From contig CAVTNB010000001.1 of assembly GCA_963736005.1 (NCBI GenBank), positions 160,001 through 224,000 of the forward strand: a DNA stretch of 64,000 bases, read 5' to 3'. The notes under the pieces were generated by a model that was given only the letters and a program-made list of their open reading frames with translations, was not told the DNA's origin and searched no databases. Of the stretch, positions 1-9,209 are shown one piece after another. The stretch is from an uncultured Pseudomonadota bacterium (GTDB taxonomy: Bacteria; Vulcanimicrobiota; Vulcanimicrobiia; Eremiobacterales; Eremiobacteraceae). A program made the translations under genes and the position numbers. The number at the start of each line of letters is the position of its first letter. Positions within the stretch are counted from its first letter, which is position 1.

Positions 1-617
1 GTGATGAAGAATCGTGAGAGGTCGTCAACGATGTCGAGCTGGGCGTGCGTTTCTAACAAGGCGACGCCAGAGGGGGGCGCTCCGGCACGCGCGTCAAGAA
101 CGACCAAAAACAACTCGCGCTGGCGATACGAATTGAAGAGCGAAAAGAGAAAGGCGAGAACGATTGCAACGGTGGCCAAGCCCGTGACTCCGGCCGCAAG
201 CGTCACCGTCCGGACGATGCTGCTCGAGGTAAGAGCGTTACCATAGCCGCTGTTGAGTACGGCGCTTCCCGCGAGGTAACTAGCTTCCCACAACGTCGGC
301 GGTACTGGTTTGTGCTGTGTCTGGAAGCCAAAGAAGACGAACCCAAAGCCGATGATAAGCCCAACCAGCCATGTGCCAAGGAGCATCACAACCGAAGCGG
401 GGGCGAAAAAGCCGAGCACGATCTCGCGGCGTCGAGGTGGTTGAAGGTCGGAGAAGAGCCTCTTCCAGGCACGCCAGGTGAAGCGGCGCAGGTATGCGCT
501 GACAAGCAGCCGACCAGGGACCGGTCGCGGAACGATCACCGACGCAAACAGGTCGAACAGCACGACTGCAATGATCAGGATGCCAAGGGGAATCGCGATT
601 GCGTGGGCGATGCTCAT
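1..617 (-). CDS. Potassium-channel family membrane protein, partial (3' end runs off the left edge of the window)
   Basis: Manual minus-strand translation from ATG 617 (alternative ATG 629) is open to the edge: MSIAHAIAIPLGILIIAVVLFDLFASVIVPRP...LWEASYLAGSAVLNSGYGNA...VTGLATVAIVLAFLFSLFNSYRQRE...LDARAGAPPSG. TM-pore helix-GYG-TM layout. Absent from the ORF track because there is no stop codon in the window. Confidence 0.75.
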   Translation of the reverse strand, partial: MSIAHAIAIPLGILIIAVVLFDLFASVIVPRPVPGRLLVSAYLRRFTWRAWKRLFSDLQPPRRREIVLGFFAPASVVMLLGTWLVGLIIGFGFVFFGFQTQHKPVPPTLWEASYLAGSAVLNSGYGNALTSSSIVRTVTLAAGVTGLATVAIVLAFLFSLFNSYRQRELFLVVLDARAGAPPSGVALLETHAQLDIVDDLSRFFI

Positions 618-635
618 CGAGGATGACATTCTCTT

Positions 636-1189
636 ATGAGCAAAGGCAACCTCGTGACGAATTCACCGTCCATCATTTTGGAGACCGAACGATTGCGTTT
701 GCGCGCGCTACAGCAGAGCGACTTCGCGGAATTGCTCGCCATGTTGAACGATCCCCTCGTGATGCGATACTATCCAAGCACCCTCGATGAAAGCGCCACG
801 CAGGTTTGGATCGACCGTGTTCTGCAGTCGTATGCGACCGGCAGTATGGCTTGTGGGTTGTTGAGCGCAAGAGCAGCGGTGAGTTTGTCGGCCAATGCGG
901 ACTCCTGCTGCAAGAGGTGGACGGTGTGGCTGAGATCGAGGTTGCCTATCTCTTCAAGAGCGCGCATTGGCACCAAGGGTACGCAACCGAGGCCGCGAGG
1001 GCATGTCGCGACTACGCCTTTTCGAAGTTAGGCGCTTCGACAGTCATCTCGTTGATCCGGCCGGCCAACTTGCCTTCTCGGGCCGTGGCCGAGCGCAACG
1101 GCATGACGGTTGAAAAAACAACAATCTTTCGAGGTCTTGAAGCGCTCGTTTATCGCGTGCACTCTGCAGGCGTTGAGTCTGGGCGATAG
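636..1189 (+). pseudogene. GNAT family N-acetyltransferase (RimJ/RimL-like), split by a 1-nt frameshift near 838-844
   Basis: ORF 636..1031 gives the N-terminus (ILETERLRLR...). ORF 806..1189 gives the rest (YGLWVVERK...GQCGL...WHQGYATEAA...NLPSRAVAERNGM). Adding one base at ACC^GGCAG joins them. Possibly a sequencing error. Confidence 0.8.
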
Positions 1190-1193
1190 CGCA

Positions 1194-2429
1194 ATGGAGA
1201 CTACCAGAACAACCTGTTGCATCGCGGGTGGTGGCCCAGCTGGGATGATGCTCGGGCTGCTTCTGGCACGCGCGGGCGTTACGGTGACCGTGCTCGAAAA
1301 GCACAAAGATTTCTTTCGGGATTTTCGAGGGGATACGGTCCACCCGTCGACGCTGCAACTGCTCGACGAGCTCGGGCTCATCGAGCGCTTCTTGGCATTG
1401 CGACACACCGTCGTGCGCAAGCTTGAGATTCTCACGGCAGATGGCCCGGTGACCGTCGCTAACTTCTCGCATCTGCGCACGAAGTATCCGTACGTTGCGC
1501 TTGTACCGCAGTGGGATTTGTTGAACTTACTCGCGCAGGAGGCAAAGTGCAACGCCTCATTCACGCTGTTGATGGAGGCCGAGGCGACACGCCTTGAGGA
1601 ACACGCAGGCGTGGTCGCGGGCTTGTACTACCGTATTGGCGATGAGGAAAGGCTCGTGCGCACCAATCTTGTCGTCGCTGCGGACGGTCGTCATTCCGTT
1701 CTCCGCGACGGTGCGCGCTTGCCGCGGGTCGAAAGCTCTCCTCCGATGGACGTGCTGTGGTTTTCGCTTCCCCGCTTACCATCCGACTCTGAGAATGTTT
1801 CCTTGAGAGTAGGCGTTGGAAAAATGGTCGTCTTGATCAATCGATTCGACTACTGGCAAGTGGGCTATATCGTGCCCAAGGGGCGCGCGCAGGAAATGTT
1901 GGTGAGCGGCGTCGACCAGATCACAAAAGGGCTCGCCGAGGTCGCGCCGGAGTTGGGTGATCGGGTCAACGAACTAAAAAGCACGGATCAGGTGAAGTTG
2001 CTGACGGTGCAATCAAACCGGCTTCTCAAGTGGTGGCTGCCTGGTTTCTTGTGCATCGGGGATGCTGCCCATGCAATGACGCCGGTCGGTGGCGTTGGGA
2101 TTAACCTTGCGATTCAGGACGCTGTCGCGGCGGCAAATCAACTGTGGCTTCCGCTTCGAGACGGCAAGCTCAAAGATGCTGACCTCCAAGCGATACAGCG
2201 GCGCCGTACCTTCCCGACGGTTGTCGCCCAGGCGTTACAGGCCGCGGTTCAAAAGCGCTTGCTGATGCACGTGTTCTCGAGCGCAGCACAAATCAAACTT
2301 CCATTGTTGTTTCGGCTGTTGCTCTCGCTGCCAGTTCTACGGGACCTGCCTGCGCGGGCGATCGGCCTCGGCGTGCGACCCGAGTACCCGTCAGCAGCAC
2401 TTGCAGCAGCAATGAAGGCTTCCCGGTGA
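1194..2429 (+). CDS. FAD-dependent oxidoreductase/monooxygenase (UbiH/FAD_binding_3 family)
   Basis: GGGPAG dinucleotide motif, DFRGDTVH, AADGRHS and IGDAAHAMTPVGGVGINLAIQDA motifs. Start reassigned to ATG 1194. Confidence 0.85.
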   Translation: METTRTTCCIAGGGPAGMMLGLLLARAGVTVTVLEKHKDFFRDFRGDTVHPSTLQLLDELGLIERFLALRHTVVRKLEILTADGPVTVANFSHLRTKYPYVALVPQWDLLNLLAQEAKCNASFTLLMEAEATRLEEHAGVVAGLYYRIGDEERLVRTNLVVAADGRHSVLRDGARLPRVESSPPMDVLWFSLPRLPSDSENVSLRVGVGKMVVLINRFDYWQVGYIVPKGRAQEMLVSGVDQITKGLAEVAPELGDRVNELKSTDQVKLLTVQSNRLLKWWLPGFLCIGDAAHAMTPVGGVGINLAIQDAVAAANQLWLPLRDGKLKDADLQAIQRRRTFPTVVAQALQAAVQKRLLMHVFSSAAQIKLPLLFRLLLSLPVLRDLPARAIGLGVRPEYPSAALAAAMKASR

Positions 2430-2441
2430 GGTGAATTGGGT

Positions 2442-2894
2442 ATGAAGCGACAGTTTCTTGGCTTTGACCACGTCGATACGCGCGTGAAGTCGCTCAATGC
2501 GGTCGAGGCGTTTTACGATCGGCTGATGTCCGAGCTTGGTCTGCCTCGCAAACGTCTTTCGCACGTCGACCGGCTCGGGGAATGGCATTCGCCTTCTGAT
2601 GACCGGCCCTACAATACGGCAGAGTACTTTGAAGAGGCGAGCGCCCCGGAGGTGGCCAGGTTCATTGGATTTGTCGAAGACACAAAGATGGTGCCAACGC
2701 TGACGCGGATCGCGTTCCGCGTGCAGGCACCGCTCGATGCCGGCCATTGGCAATCGTTCTTAAGCTCGATTGGAGCCGCCAATATCGAGCCGTCTGCGTC
2801 CGATGATTATCCGGCGATCTTTTTCGAAGACCCTGGCGGTACGAAACTTGAGATTTGCGCGCGCAAACCAAGCGTTGCGGAGCCGCCGCAATGA
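2442..2894 (+). CDS. VOC (glyoxalase/bleomycin resistance) family protein
   Basis: FDHVDTRV N-terminus and FFEDPGGTKLEI C-terminus. GAGGTG SD before ATG 2442. Confidence 0.7.
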   Translation: MKRQFLGFDHVDTRVKSLNAVEAFYDRLMSELGLPRKRLSHVDRLGEWHSPSDDRPYNTAEYFEEASAPEVARFIGFVEDTKMVPTLTRIAFRVQAPLDAGHWQSFLSSIGAANIEPSASDDYPAIFFEDPGGTKLEICARKPSVAEPPQ

Positions 2895-3889
2895 AAGCGA
2901 TGGTGCTCCGTGAACCCGGCCCGGTCGAGCGATCACCGCTTCGCTTGGAAGACGTCGAGCTGGGCCCCCTGCGGAGCGGACACGTTCGGTTGCGCGTGCT
3001 GGCCCGCGGTGTGTGCCGGACGGACTTGCACATTGTTGAAGGGGAGCTGCCTCCAAAACATCCGTGGATCATCCCTGGGCATCAAATCGTGGGTGAGATT
3101 GTGGAGAGTGCGGATGCCACAAAGCGGGTTGGTGCGCGTGTCGGAGTTTCATGGCTAGGCGGCGTGGACGGTACGTGTCAGTTTTGCCAAAGCGGCATGG
3201 AAAATCTGTGCGATCGGCCGACGTTTACCGGGTACGATGTCAATGGTGGCTATGCGGAGTATGCCGATGCGCGCGGAGATTTCACGATTGCGCTTCCCGC
3301 TGAGCTCGACGACGTGCACGCGGCGCCGCTCCTCTGCGCGGGCATTATCGGTTTTCGCGCGTTGCGCGTCGCCGGTGTGGCTCGTGGCGAGCGCGTGGGA
3401 CTCTTTGGATTCGGTGGCTCGGCGCATCTGGTTGCCCAAGTACTTCGTCATTGGGAATGCGAGATATTTGTTGCAACCCGTGGCGCATCGCACCGAGCTC
3501 TTGCGCAGTCGATGGGTGCGATTTGGGTTGGGGATGCTACGGATGTACCCCCAGAGCGACTGGATCGGGCAATAACATTCGCACCATCGGGCGATGTCGT
3601 GGTCGCAGCGCTCTCGTCGCTGCGCAAGGGCGGCGTCGTTGCCATCAATGCGATTCACTTGGACCGCATGCCGCAGTTCGATTACGATCGTTTACTCTGG
3701 GGCGAACGCCAGATCCGAAGCGTCACGAATATGACCCGGCAGGATGCCAGAGATTTCTTGGCACTGGCGGCGGAAATCCCCATCGAATCGCACGTAACAA
3801 CGTTTCCACTGCGTGAGGCAAACGCAGCCCTTGCGGCTATGAAGAGCGATGCACTTGACGGTGCCGCCGTTTTGGTTCCTACCACGTAG
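2891..3889 (+). CDS. Zinc-dependent alcohol dehydrogenase family protein
   Basis: GVCRTDLH, PGHQIVG, CQFC...ENLC, APLLCAG and GFGGSA motifs. ATGA overlap with the upstream gene. Confidence 0.9.
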   Translation: MKAMVLREPGPVERSPLRLEDVELGPLRSGHVRLRVLARGVCRTDLHIVEGELPPKHPWIIPGHQIVGEIVESADATKRVGARVGVSWLGGVDGTCQFCQSGMENLCDRPTFTGYDVNGGYAEYADARGDFTIALPAELDDVHAAPLLCAGIIGFRALRVAGVARGERVGLFGFGGSAHLVAQVLRHWECEIFVATRGASHRALAQSMGAIWVGDATDVPPERLDRAITFAPSGDVVVAALSSLRKGGVVAINAIHLDRMPQFDYDRLLWGERQIRSVTNMTRQDARDFLALAAEIPIESHVTTFPLREANAALAAMKSDALDGAAVLVPTT

Positions 3890-3910
3890 CAGCGAACCTT
3901 TAGGTTCGCT
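3886..3910 (+). repeat. GTAG-palindrome (REP-like) family A
   Basis: GTAGC-AGCGAACCT-TT-AGGTTCGCT, perfect 9-bp arms. Its TAG is the adh stop codon. Lies between convergent genes. Confidence 0.8.
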
Positions 3911-3933
3911 CTATGCGGTCAACGCCAGTCCTC

Positions 3934-6900
3934 CTAAGAGCACCCCATGCTGCGCCCACAGCTGTCGCAGACGTAGCACGCCCCGTTTCGCCTGGTAATA
4001 GAACCGCAGACGTCACACAGCGGCGCATCCCCCATGAGCGAGGCCATCTGCGCTTCACGCGAGCGCAGCGCATTGAGTTGAGTTGCAAGCTCTGGATCGA
4101 CGGTTGCATTCTGGCCAGGCGCCGCTTGTGCGCGCGGTTGGGCGATCCCAGAGGAGGGCAGCGGCCGCGGCACCGGTGTTTCGTCAGCGACTTGCTGTGC
4201 GCTCACTCGCGCTTCGAACTCGGCTTGGGCGTGATCGTCGTGGTTTGTATCGTCCACGTCCTTGTCTTCCGGCTTGATCTGAACGAAGTCTGTACGGCCC
4301 AGATACTCCATGCCAAGAACGCGGAAGATGTAGTCGACGACGCTCGTGCAGTGTTTGATGTTCGGATGATCGACGAAGCCATTTGGCTCGAAACGCGTGA
4401 AGACGAATTTGTCCACAAACTCTTCGAGGGGCACGCCATATTGAAGACCGATGGAGACAGCGATGGCGAAGCAGTTCATCAAACTGCGGAAGGAAGCGCC
4501 TTCCTTATGCAGGTCAACGAAGATTTCGCCCAGCGTGCCATCAGCATACTCGCCGGTTCTCAGGAAAACGGTGTGCCCTGAAATCTTCGCTTTTTGCGTC
4601 CACCCGCGGCGCTTTGCCGGCAAGCGATTGCGTTCGAGCGCCTGCGCGACTTTTCTCTTGAAGTCCGTATTTGTTGCGTTGGCCAAAATTCGCTGCGCGG
4701 CGGCCAAGATCTCATCTGGTCGCAACTCCTCGGCGCGTTGGCGTCGCGCTTCCTCGAGCTGCTTGGCGAATTCTTCCGAAAGCGCAAGCTGGCGATCGCT
4801 GTCGGTGGCCGTCTTATCGGTTCCCTTGTTCGACAGCGGTTGCGAGAGCTTAGAGCCGTCGCGATACAGCGCTATCGCCTTGAGGCCGAGATCCCACGAG
4901 CGCAAGTACGCTTCTTTGATCTCATCCACCGTGGCTTCATTTGGCATATTGATGGTCTTGCTCAAAGCTCCACTGATAAACGGCTGTGCCGCCGCCATCA
5001 TGCGGACATGGCCCATGTGGTGAATGAAACGCTTGCCAAGCTTCCCGCATTTGTTGGCACAATCGAAAGCTGGATAATGCTCCTCTTTTAGATGCGGCGC
5101 GCCCTCGATCGTCATCGTGCCGCAAATATAATTGTTGGCAGCTTCGATTTCGTCGCGGTTGAAACCGAGCAATCGGAGCAGATCGAAGTCGACCGCATTG
5201 TATTGTTCGGGTGTGATACCTAGGCGCTGTAGGGTCTCTTCCCCCAGCGTCCACTGATTAAACGCAAAGCCAATCTCGAACACCGTGGGCAACGCCTTTT
5301 CGATCTTGATAATGTCCTCGCTCGTGAATCCGCGAGCGCGCAACGTTTCGGCATTGATGTATGGAGCACCGTAGAGCGAGCCCGAACCCTTTGCGTATCG
5401 AACGATATCATCGATCTGTTTTTCATTGTAGCCGAGGTTGCTCAGCGCCATCGGAAGAGATTGGTTGATGATCTTAAAGTAGCCGCCGCCGGACAGCTTC
5501 TTGAATTTCACGAGGGCAAAGTCTGGTTCGATGCCTGTCGTGTCGCAATCCATGAGTAAACCGATGGTACCAGTTGGCGCGATGCATGTGGCTTGCGCGT
5601 TGCGGTATCCGTTTTGCTCTCCGAGCTCGACCGCGCGATCCCAACATTCACGCGCAGCCGAGAGCAGATACGGCGGGCACAGGGAAGCATCGATCCCCAT
5701 TGGGATGACCGACAACTGCTCATACTCGGCCGCTTTCGCGTTGTACGCCGCGCGTCTGTGATTCTTCATAACGCGCAACATGGGCTCCGCATTTTCTTTA
5801 TAGCGCGGGAATGGTCCGAGTTCCCCCGCCATCTCCGCCGAGGCCGCGTACGATTCTCCCGTGAGTATCGCAGAAATAGCACCTGCAATTGCGAGTGCCC
5901 GTGGCGAATCATACGGAATCCCGGAAACCATGAGCAGCGTGCCGAGGTTGGCGTATCCCAGCCCGAGCGTGCGGTACTCGTAGGACTTCCGCGCGATTTC
6001 CGAACTTGGGAATTGCGCCATCAGCACCGATATTTCGAGCACCATGGTCCAGAGCCGGCACGCATGCTTGAATGCTTCCACGTCAAGCGTGTTCTTGTCA
6101 GCGTCGTAGAATGTCATCAAGTTGATGCTAGCGAGGTTGCAGTTATGCGTAACCATACCCTCAGCGATCACCGTGTGTGTCACTGGCTCGGTGATATCGT
6201 AAACAGTCTCCTCGCCGTCGGCAACGATTTCGATAACTTTTGGTGCGCGCGGATTCTTCTTAGCTCCCGCAAACGAAGAAGCTAGAATATTTTGCGCCAG
6301 CGCATCTTTGTAGGCCGAACATGGGAAACCGACGAGGCTAAGAAAGCGTCGAGCCTGCTGATTATAGACGTGAAGCTGTCCTTGCGGATTCTTACGACCC
6401 TCAGGGTGCATCCATGCAATACGCGACGTAATCCCGATATCTGAAAGTAAGAGTTGCACGGACCGGAGTAACTGGGGCGAGGAGGAAGCCAGCATAACTT
6501 CCTTTTCGATTCCGCTGGCATCTAAAATGGTTCCGTCTGCCGAGAAGAGACCTTGGAGGTAGGCAATCTTAAGATCATTGGAAACATAGTGGATTCGGTT
6601 CGGCACGTCTTTGGCGACTGCAGTTGCTTGTTTGAAACCGTAGTGCCGCTCGAGGTATGAAACGAGCGAGGACTGCTTCGAACTGGTTTGCATGACGCCG
6701 TTGGCCTGGATTGAAATCGTTGAGGCTCGAGTTACAAGGCTAGCTCCTCCGGCTGCGGCGACCTTGAGATCATTCACCTCGGCAGTCATCTCTAAGGCCG
6801 TTTCTTCCTCTGTAGGAGCGAACACAAGCGCAACGGTGCCCTTGCTGAACACACCGTCACCTGTAAGCCATCCGAGCGTTTGCCAGCGCTTCACCTCGGT

Positions 6901-8898
6901 TACCGGCGATGCAAACTTCACTGCATCACCAGACATACGAATTTGAACTCTGTCCGTGCCAGCGACGAGCTCGTCGACCCGTTTCCAGGTGCCGGAATGG
7001 GTAAGGAATTTATGGTCGGCCGTTGCACGTATTTGCCGACCATCTTTCAGCGTCATCCGAAAGACTTGGCGCTTGCCTACTTGGGTGATCTTTGCAGGTC
7101 GGTATGCGGTGAGTCGGCGATGATCGTGCTCTGAATAGACGTCAGTGGTTATGAGCACTTGCTCACCAGTTACTTGTTTAGAATACAGCTCCTTGACTGT
7201 GCGCAACCCTTCCGGAGTGCTGATGCGTGTTTCTGGGGCAAAACAAGCGGTGTCGTCCAAGAACATATATTCGGAACAATTGTGAGCGTAGAAGCCATTC
7301 GCATCAAATGCATTAGGCCCAGGAATCGTGCAGTCATAAACGGGCGCGTTCCCCAACGGCCTAACGTCGCGAACCATTTGGAACGTGCGAGCGCGATGGG
7401 CTTGTTTTTCAATCGCCAAGGCTGGTTTGTTCTGCCCATGACCGGAGGCGTGAACGTGTTGTTGCATCACAACATGGGTATGGATCGCGAGGCGTTCTCC
7501 GACTTTGATATCGCGCACGGCACGCCATGATTCCGACCCATCTTGGGCAATCGTCAAAAATCTGTGATCTTCGGTCGCCTTTAACTCCAGACCTAGATCC
7601 GTGCATACTTTGAAGACCGGCTTGATGCCAGTGAAGAAGAAGCCCTCCTTAGTTGATAGGTAGTGCTCCCCGTCTACCAGTGCGGTGAATTGTCGACCTA
7701 CAAGTTCAGATACTGGATGATAACCGGAATCTGTTGCGACGAGTGTGTCCCCAGTAACGCACGGATTGCTCGCGCGGATTCTACCACCGGCTGGGCTCGT
7801 ATGCCACGAGTTAATAATGTCGTCGTATTGAATGCCTGGATCAGCGCATGCCCATGCCGCACGAGCTATCTGATCCCAAAGATCTCGTGCTCGAACCGTT
7901 CGGGCTACGCTCTTATCTCGCCGCCAGAGCAAGTCCCACGTTGCGTCAGTACGAACCGCTTCGATAAACTTGTCCGGAATACGAACAGAATTGTTGGAGT
8001 TTTGACCCGATACGGTTGAGTACGCATCTCCTTCGTACGAGCTGCCATAGCCAGCCGCAATCAAGGCGGCAACCTTTTTCTCTTCCTCAACTTTCCAGTT
8101 GATAAACTTTTCTATATCCGGATGATCGATATCGAGAATGACCATCTTCGCTGCGCGTCGCGTTGTGCCACCGCTCTTGATCGCGCCGGCTGCCCGATCG
8201 CCCACGCGCAAGAATGACATAAGGCCGCTCGACGAACCACCACCAGAAAGCTTCTCGCCCTCAGCGCGCAAGTTGGAGAAATTCGTTCCAGTTCCGGAGC
8301 CGTATTTAAACAGGCGAGCCTCACGTACCCAGAGATCCATGATGCCATTGTCGTTGACAAGATCATCCTCGACAGATTGGATAAAACACGCGTGGGGTTG
8401 CGGATGCGTGTACGAATCCTTTGCACGCACGAGTTCTTTCGTGTCGGGATCCACGTAATAGTGACCCTGCGACGGTCCAGTGATGCCGTACGCATAGGCT
8501 AAACCTGTGTTGAACCATTGCGGAGAATTCGGCGCGGCCATCTGATAGATGAGCATGTAGCTCATCTCGGCATCGAACGCTGCCGCATCTTCATCTGAAT
8601 CAAAATATTTATAGCGCCGACCCCAGTCCGTCCAGCAACCCGCGAGGCGACGAACTACCTGACGAGCGGAGGTTTCCCGTCCAAGACTTCCGTCAGGCTG
8701 GGGCACTCCAGCCTTGCGGAAATACTTCTGTGCTAAAATGTCGGTGGCGACTTGAGACCAGTCCGCAGGAACTTCGATGTCTCGCATTTCGAAGACAACG
8801 GTTCCATCGGGTTCGCGAATCACCGACTCACGGTGATCCCACCGTATCTCATCGAGTGGATCGGTGCCGGGTTTTGTAAAGCGACGCTGAATCTTCAT
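3934..8898 (-). CDS. nrdJ: Adenosylcobalamin-dependent (class II) ribonucleotide reductase with two inteins and a C-terminal TSCPD/zinc-ribbon region
   Basis: PNSPQWFNTG, QPHACFI, GSGTGTN, KSGGTTRRAAKM, SNP|CSEY, A|CNLAS, RTLGLGYAN and IAPTGTI motifs, with a C-terminal CxxC...CxxC...GCS. About 1125 aa after removing the inteins. Confidence 0.95.
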   Translation of the reverse strand: MKIQRRFTKPGTDPLDEIRWDHRESVIREPDGTVVFEMRDIEVPADWSQVATDILAQKYFRKAGVPQPDGSLGRETSARQVVRRLAGCWTDWGRRYKYFDSDEDAAAFDAEMSYMLIYQMAAPNSPQWFNTGLAYAYGITGPSQGHYYVDPDTKELVRAKDSYTHPQPHACFIQSVEDDLVNDNGIMDLWVREARLFKYGSGTGTNFSNLRAEGEKLSGGGSSSGLMSFLRVGDRAAGAIKSGGTTRRAAKMVILDIDHPDIEKFINWKVEEEKKVAALIAAGYGSSYEGDAYSTVSGQNSNNSVRIPDKFIEAVRTDATWDLLWRRDKSVARTVRARDLWDQIARAAWACADPGIQYDDIINSWHTSPAGGRIRASNPCVTGDTLVATDSGYHPVSELVGRQFTALVDGEHYLSTKEGFFFTGIKPVFKVCTDLGLELKATEDHRFLTIAQDGSESWRAVRDIKVGERLAIHTHVVMQQHVHASGHGQNKPALAIEKQAHRARTFQMVRDVRPLGNAPVYDCTIPGPNAFDANGFYAHNCSEYMFLDDTACFAPETRISTPEGLRTVKELYSKQVTGEQVLITTDVYSEHDHRRLTAYRPAKITQVGKRQVFRMTLKDGRQIRATADHKFLTHSGTWKRVDELVAGTDRVQIRMSGDAVKFASPVTEVKRWQTLGWLTGDGVFSKGTVALVFAPTEEETALEMTAEVNDLKVAAAGGASLVTRASTISIQANGVMQTSSKQSSLVSYLERHYGFKQATAVAKDVPNRIHYVSNDLKIAYLQGLFSADGTILDASGIEKEVMLASSSPQLLRSVQLLLSDIGITSRIAWMHPEGRKNPQGQLHVYNQQARRFLSLVGFPCSAYKDALAQNILASSFAGAKKNPRAPKVIEIVADGEETVYDITEPVTHTVIAEGMVTHNCNLASINLMTFYDADKNTLDVEAFKHACRLWTMVLEISVLMAQFPSSEIARKSYEYRTLGLGYANLGTLLMVSGIPYDSPRALAIAGAISAILTGESYAASAEMAGELGPFPRYKENAEPMLRVMKNHRRAAYNAKAAEYEQLSVIPMGIDASLCPPYLLSAARECWDRAVELGEQNGYRNAQATCIAPTGTIGLLMDCDTTGIEPDFALVKFKKLSGGGYFKIINQSLPMALSNLGYNEKQIDDIVRYAKGSGSLYGAPYINAETLRARGFTSEDIIKIEKALPTVFEIGFAFNQWTLGEETLQRLGITPEQYNAVDFDLLRLLGFNRDEIEAANNYICGTMTIEGAPHLKEEHYPAFDCANKCGKLGKRFIHHMGHVRMMAAAQPFISGALSKTINMPNEATVDEIKEAYLRSWDLGLKAIALYRDGSKLSQPLSNKGTDKTATDSDRQLALSEEFAKQLEEARRQRAEELRPDEILAAAQRILANATNTDFKRKVAQALERNRLPAKRRGWTQKAKISGHTVFLRTGEYADGTLGEIFVDLHKEGASFRSLMNCFAIAVSIGLQYGVPLEEFVDKFVFTRFEPNGFVDHPNIKHCTSVVDYIFRVLGMEYLGRTDFVQIKPEDKDVDDTNHDDHAQAEFEARVSAQQVADETPVPRPLPSSGIAQPRAQAAPGQNATVDPELATQLNALRSREAQMASLMGDAPLCDVCGSITRRNGACYVCDSCGRSMGCS
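6142..7245 (-). mobile_element. Intein (368 aa) with LAGLIDADG homing endonuclease, inserted before the CNL cysteine of NrdJ
   Basis: Starts CFAPETRI, block B ATADHKFLT, endonuclease motifs LGWLTGDG and YLQGLFSADG, SSSPQLLRSVQLLLSDIGI, ends VYDITEPVTHTVIAEGMVTHN followed by Cys. Confidence 0.93.
7279..7761 (-). mobile_element. Mini-intein (161 aa, no endonuclease) inserted before the catalytic NPCSE cysteine of NrdJ
   Basis: Starts CVTGDTLV, block B ATEDHRFLT, ends VYDCTIPGPNAFDANGFYAHN followed by Cys. No LAGLIDADG motifs. Confidence 0.93.
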
Positions 8899-8964
8899 GG
8901 GATCAAAAAGTGCCTTTCTCTAAAGGTGATTTTGCCGATCGCCTTATATCACACGTCTGTTCGA

Positions 8965-8985
8965 GGGGCGACAAGTCACCCCTAC
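8965..8985 (-). repeat. GTAG-palindrome family C-like copy in the nrdJ upstream region
   Basis: Minus strand reads GTAGGGGTGAC-TT-GTCGCCCC. An inverted GTAGGGGTG lies at 8997-9005. Confidence 0.5.
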
Positions 8986-9026
8986 CCATAGTGGTTGTAG
9001 GGGTGTTTTCACACATTATATAGCGG
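8979..9026 (-). promoter_or_regulatory. Tandem NrdR boxes upstream of nrdJ
   Basis: 9011-9026 (minus strand CCGCTATATAATGTGT) matches the acaCwAtATaTwGtgt consensus at 13/16. 8979-8994 (CCCCTACCCATAGTGG) matches at 10/16. The 32-bp spacing is typical of NrdR tandem sites. Confidence 0.7.
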
Positions 9027-9209
9027 TTAAGGTACGGTTGCAACAACTTTTTCGAACGGGAGTTCGTTCGTCGCCGAAGCCTTGACGGGCGGCCAATTGA
9101 GGCGTTTTTCGCAGAACCTATCCACACAACTCACAGCGTGGGGACAGTCGCCTTCGCTCTCGAGTCTTTGCCTGGAAACCCACACTCTATCGCGAACAGC
9201 AGGCGCGCA

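Noticed and set aside
8899..9200. Cobalamin riboswitch upstream of nrdJ
   Set aside because: No B12-box or conserved GGGAA/GCCACTG core was recognised. NrdR boxes explain the region better.
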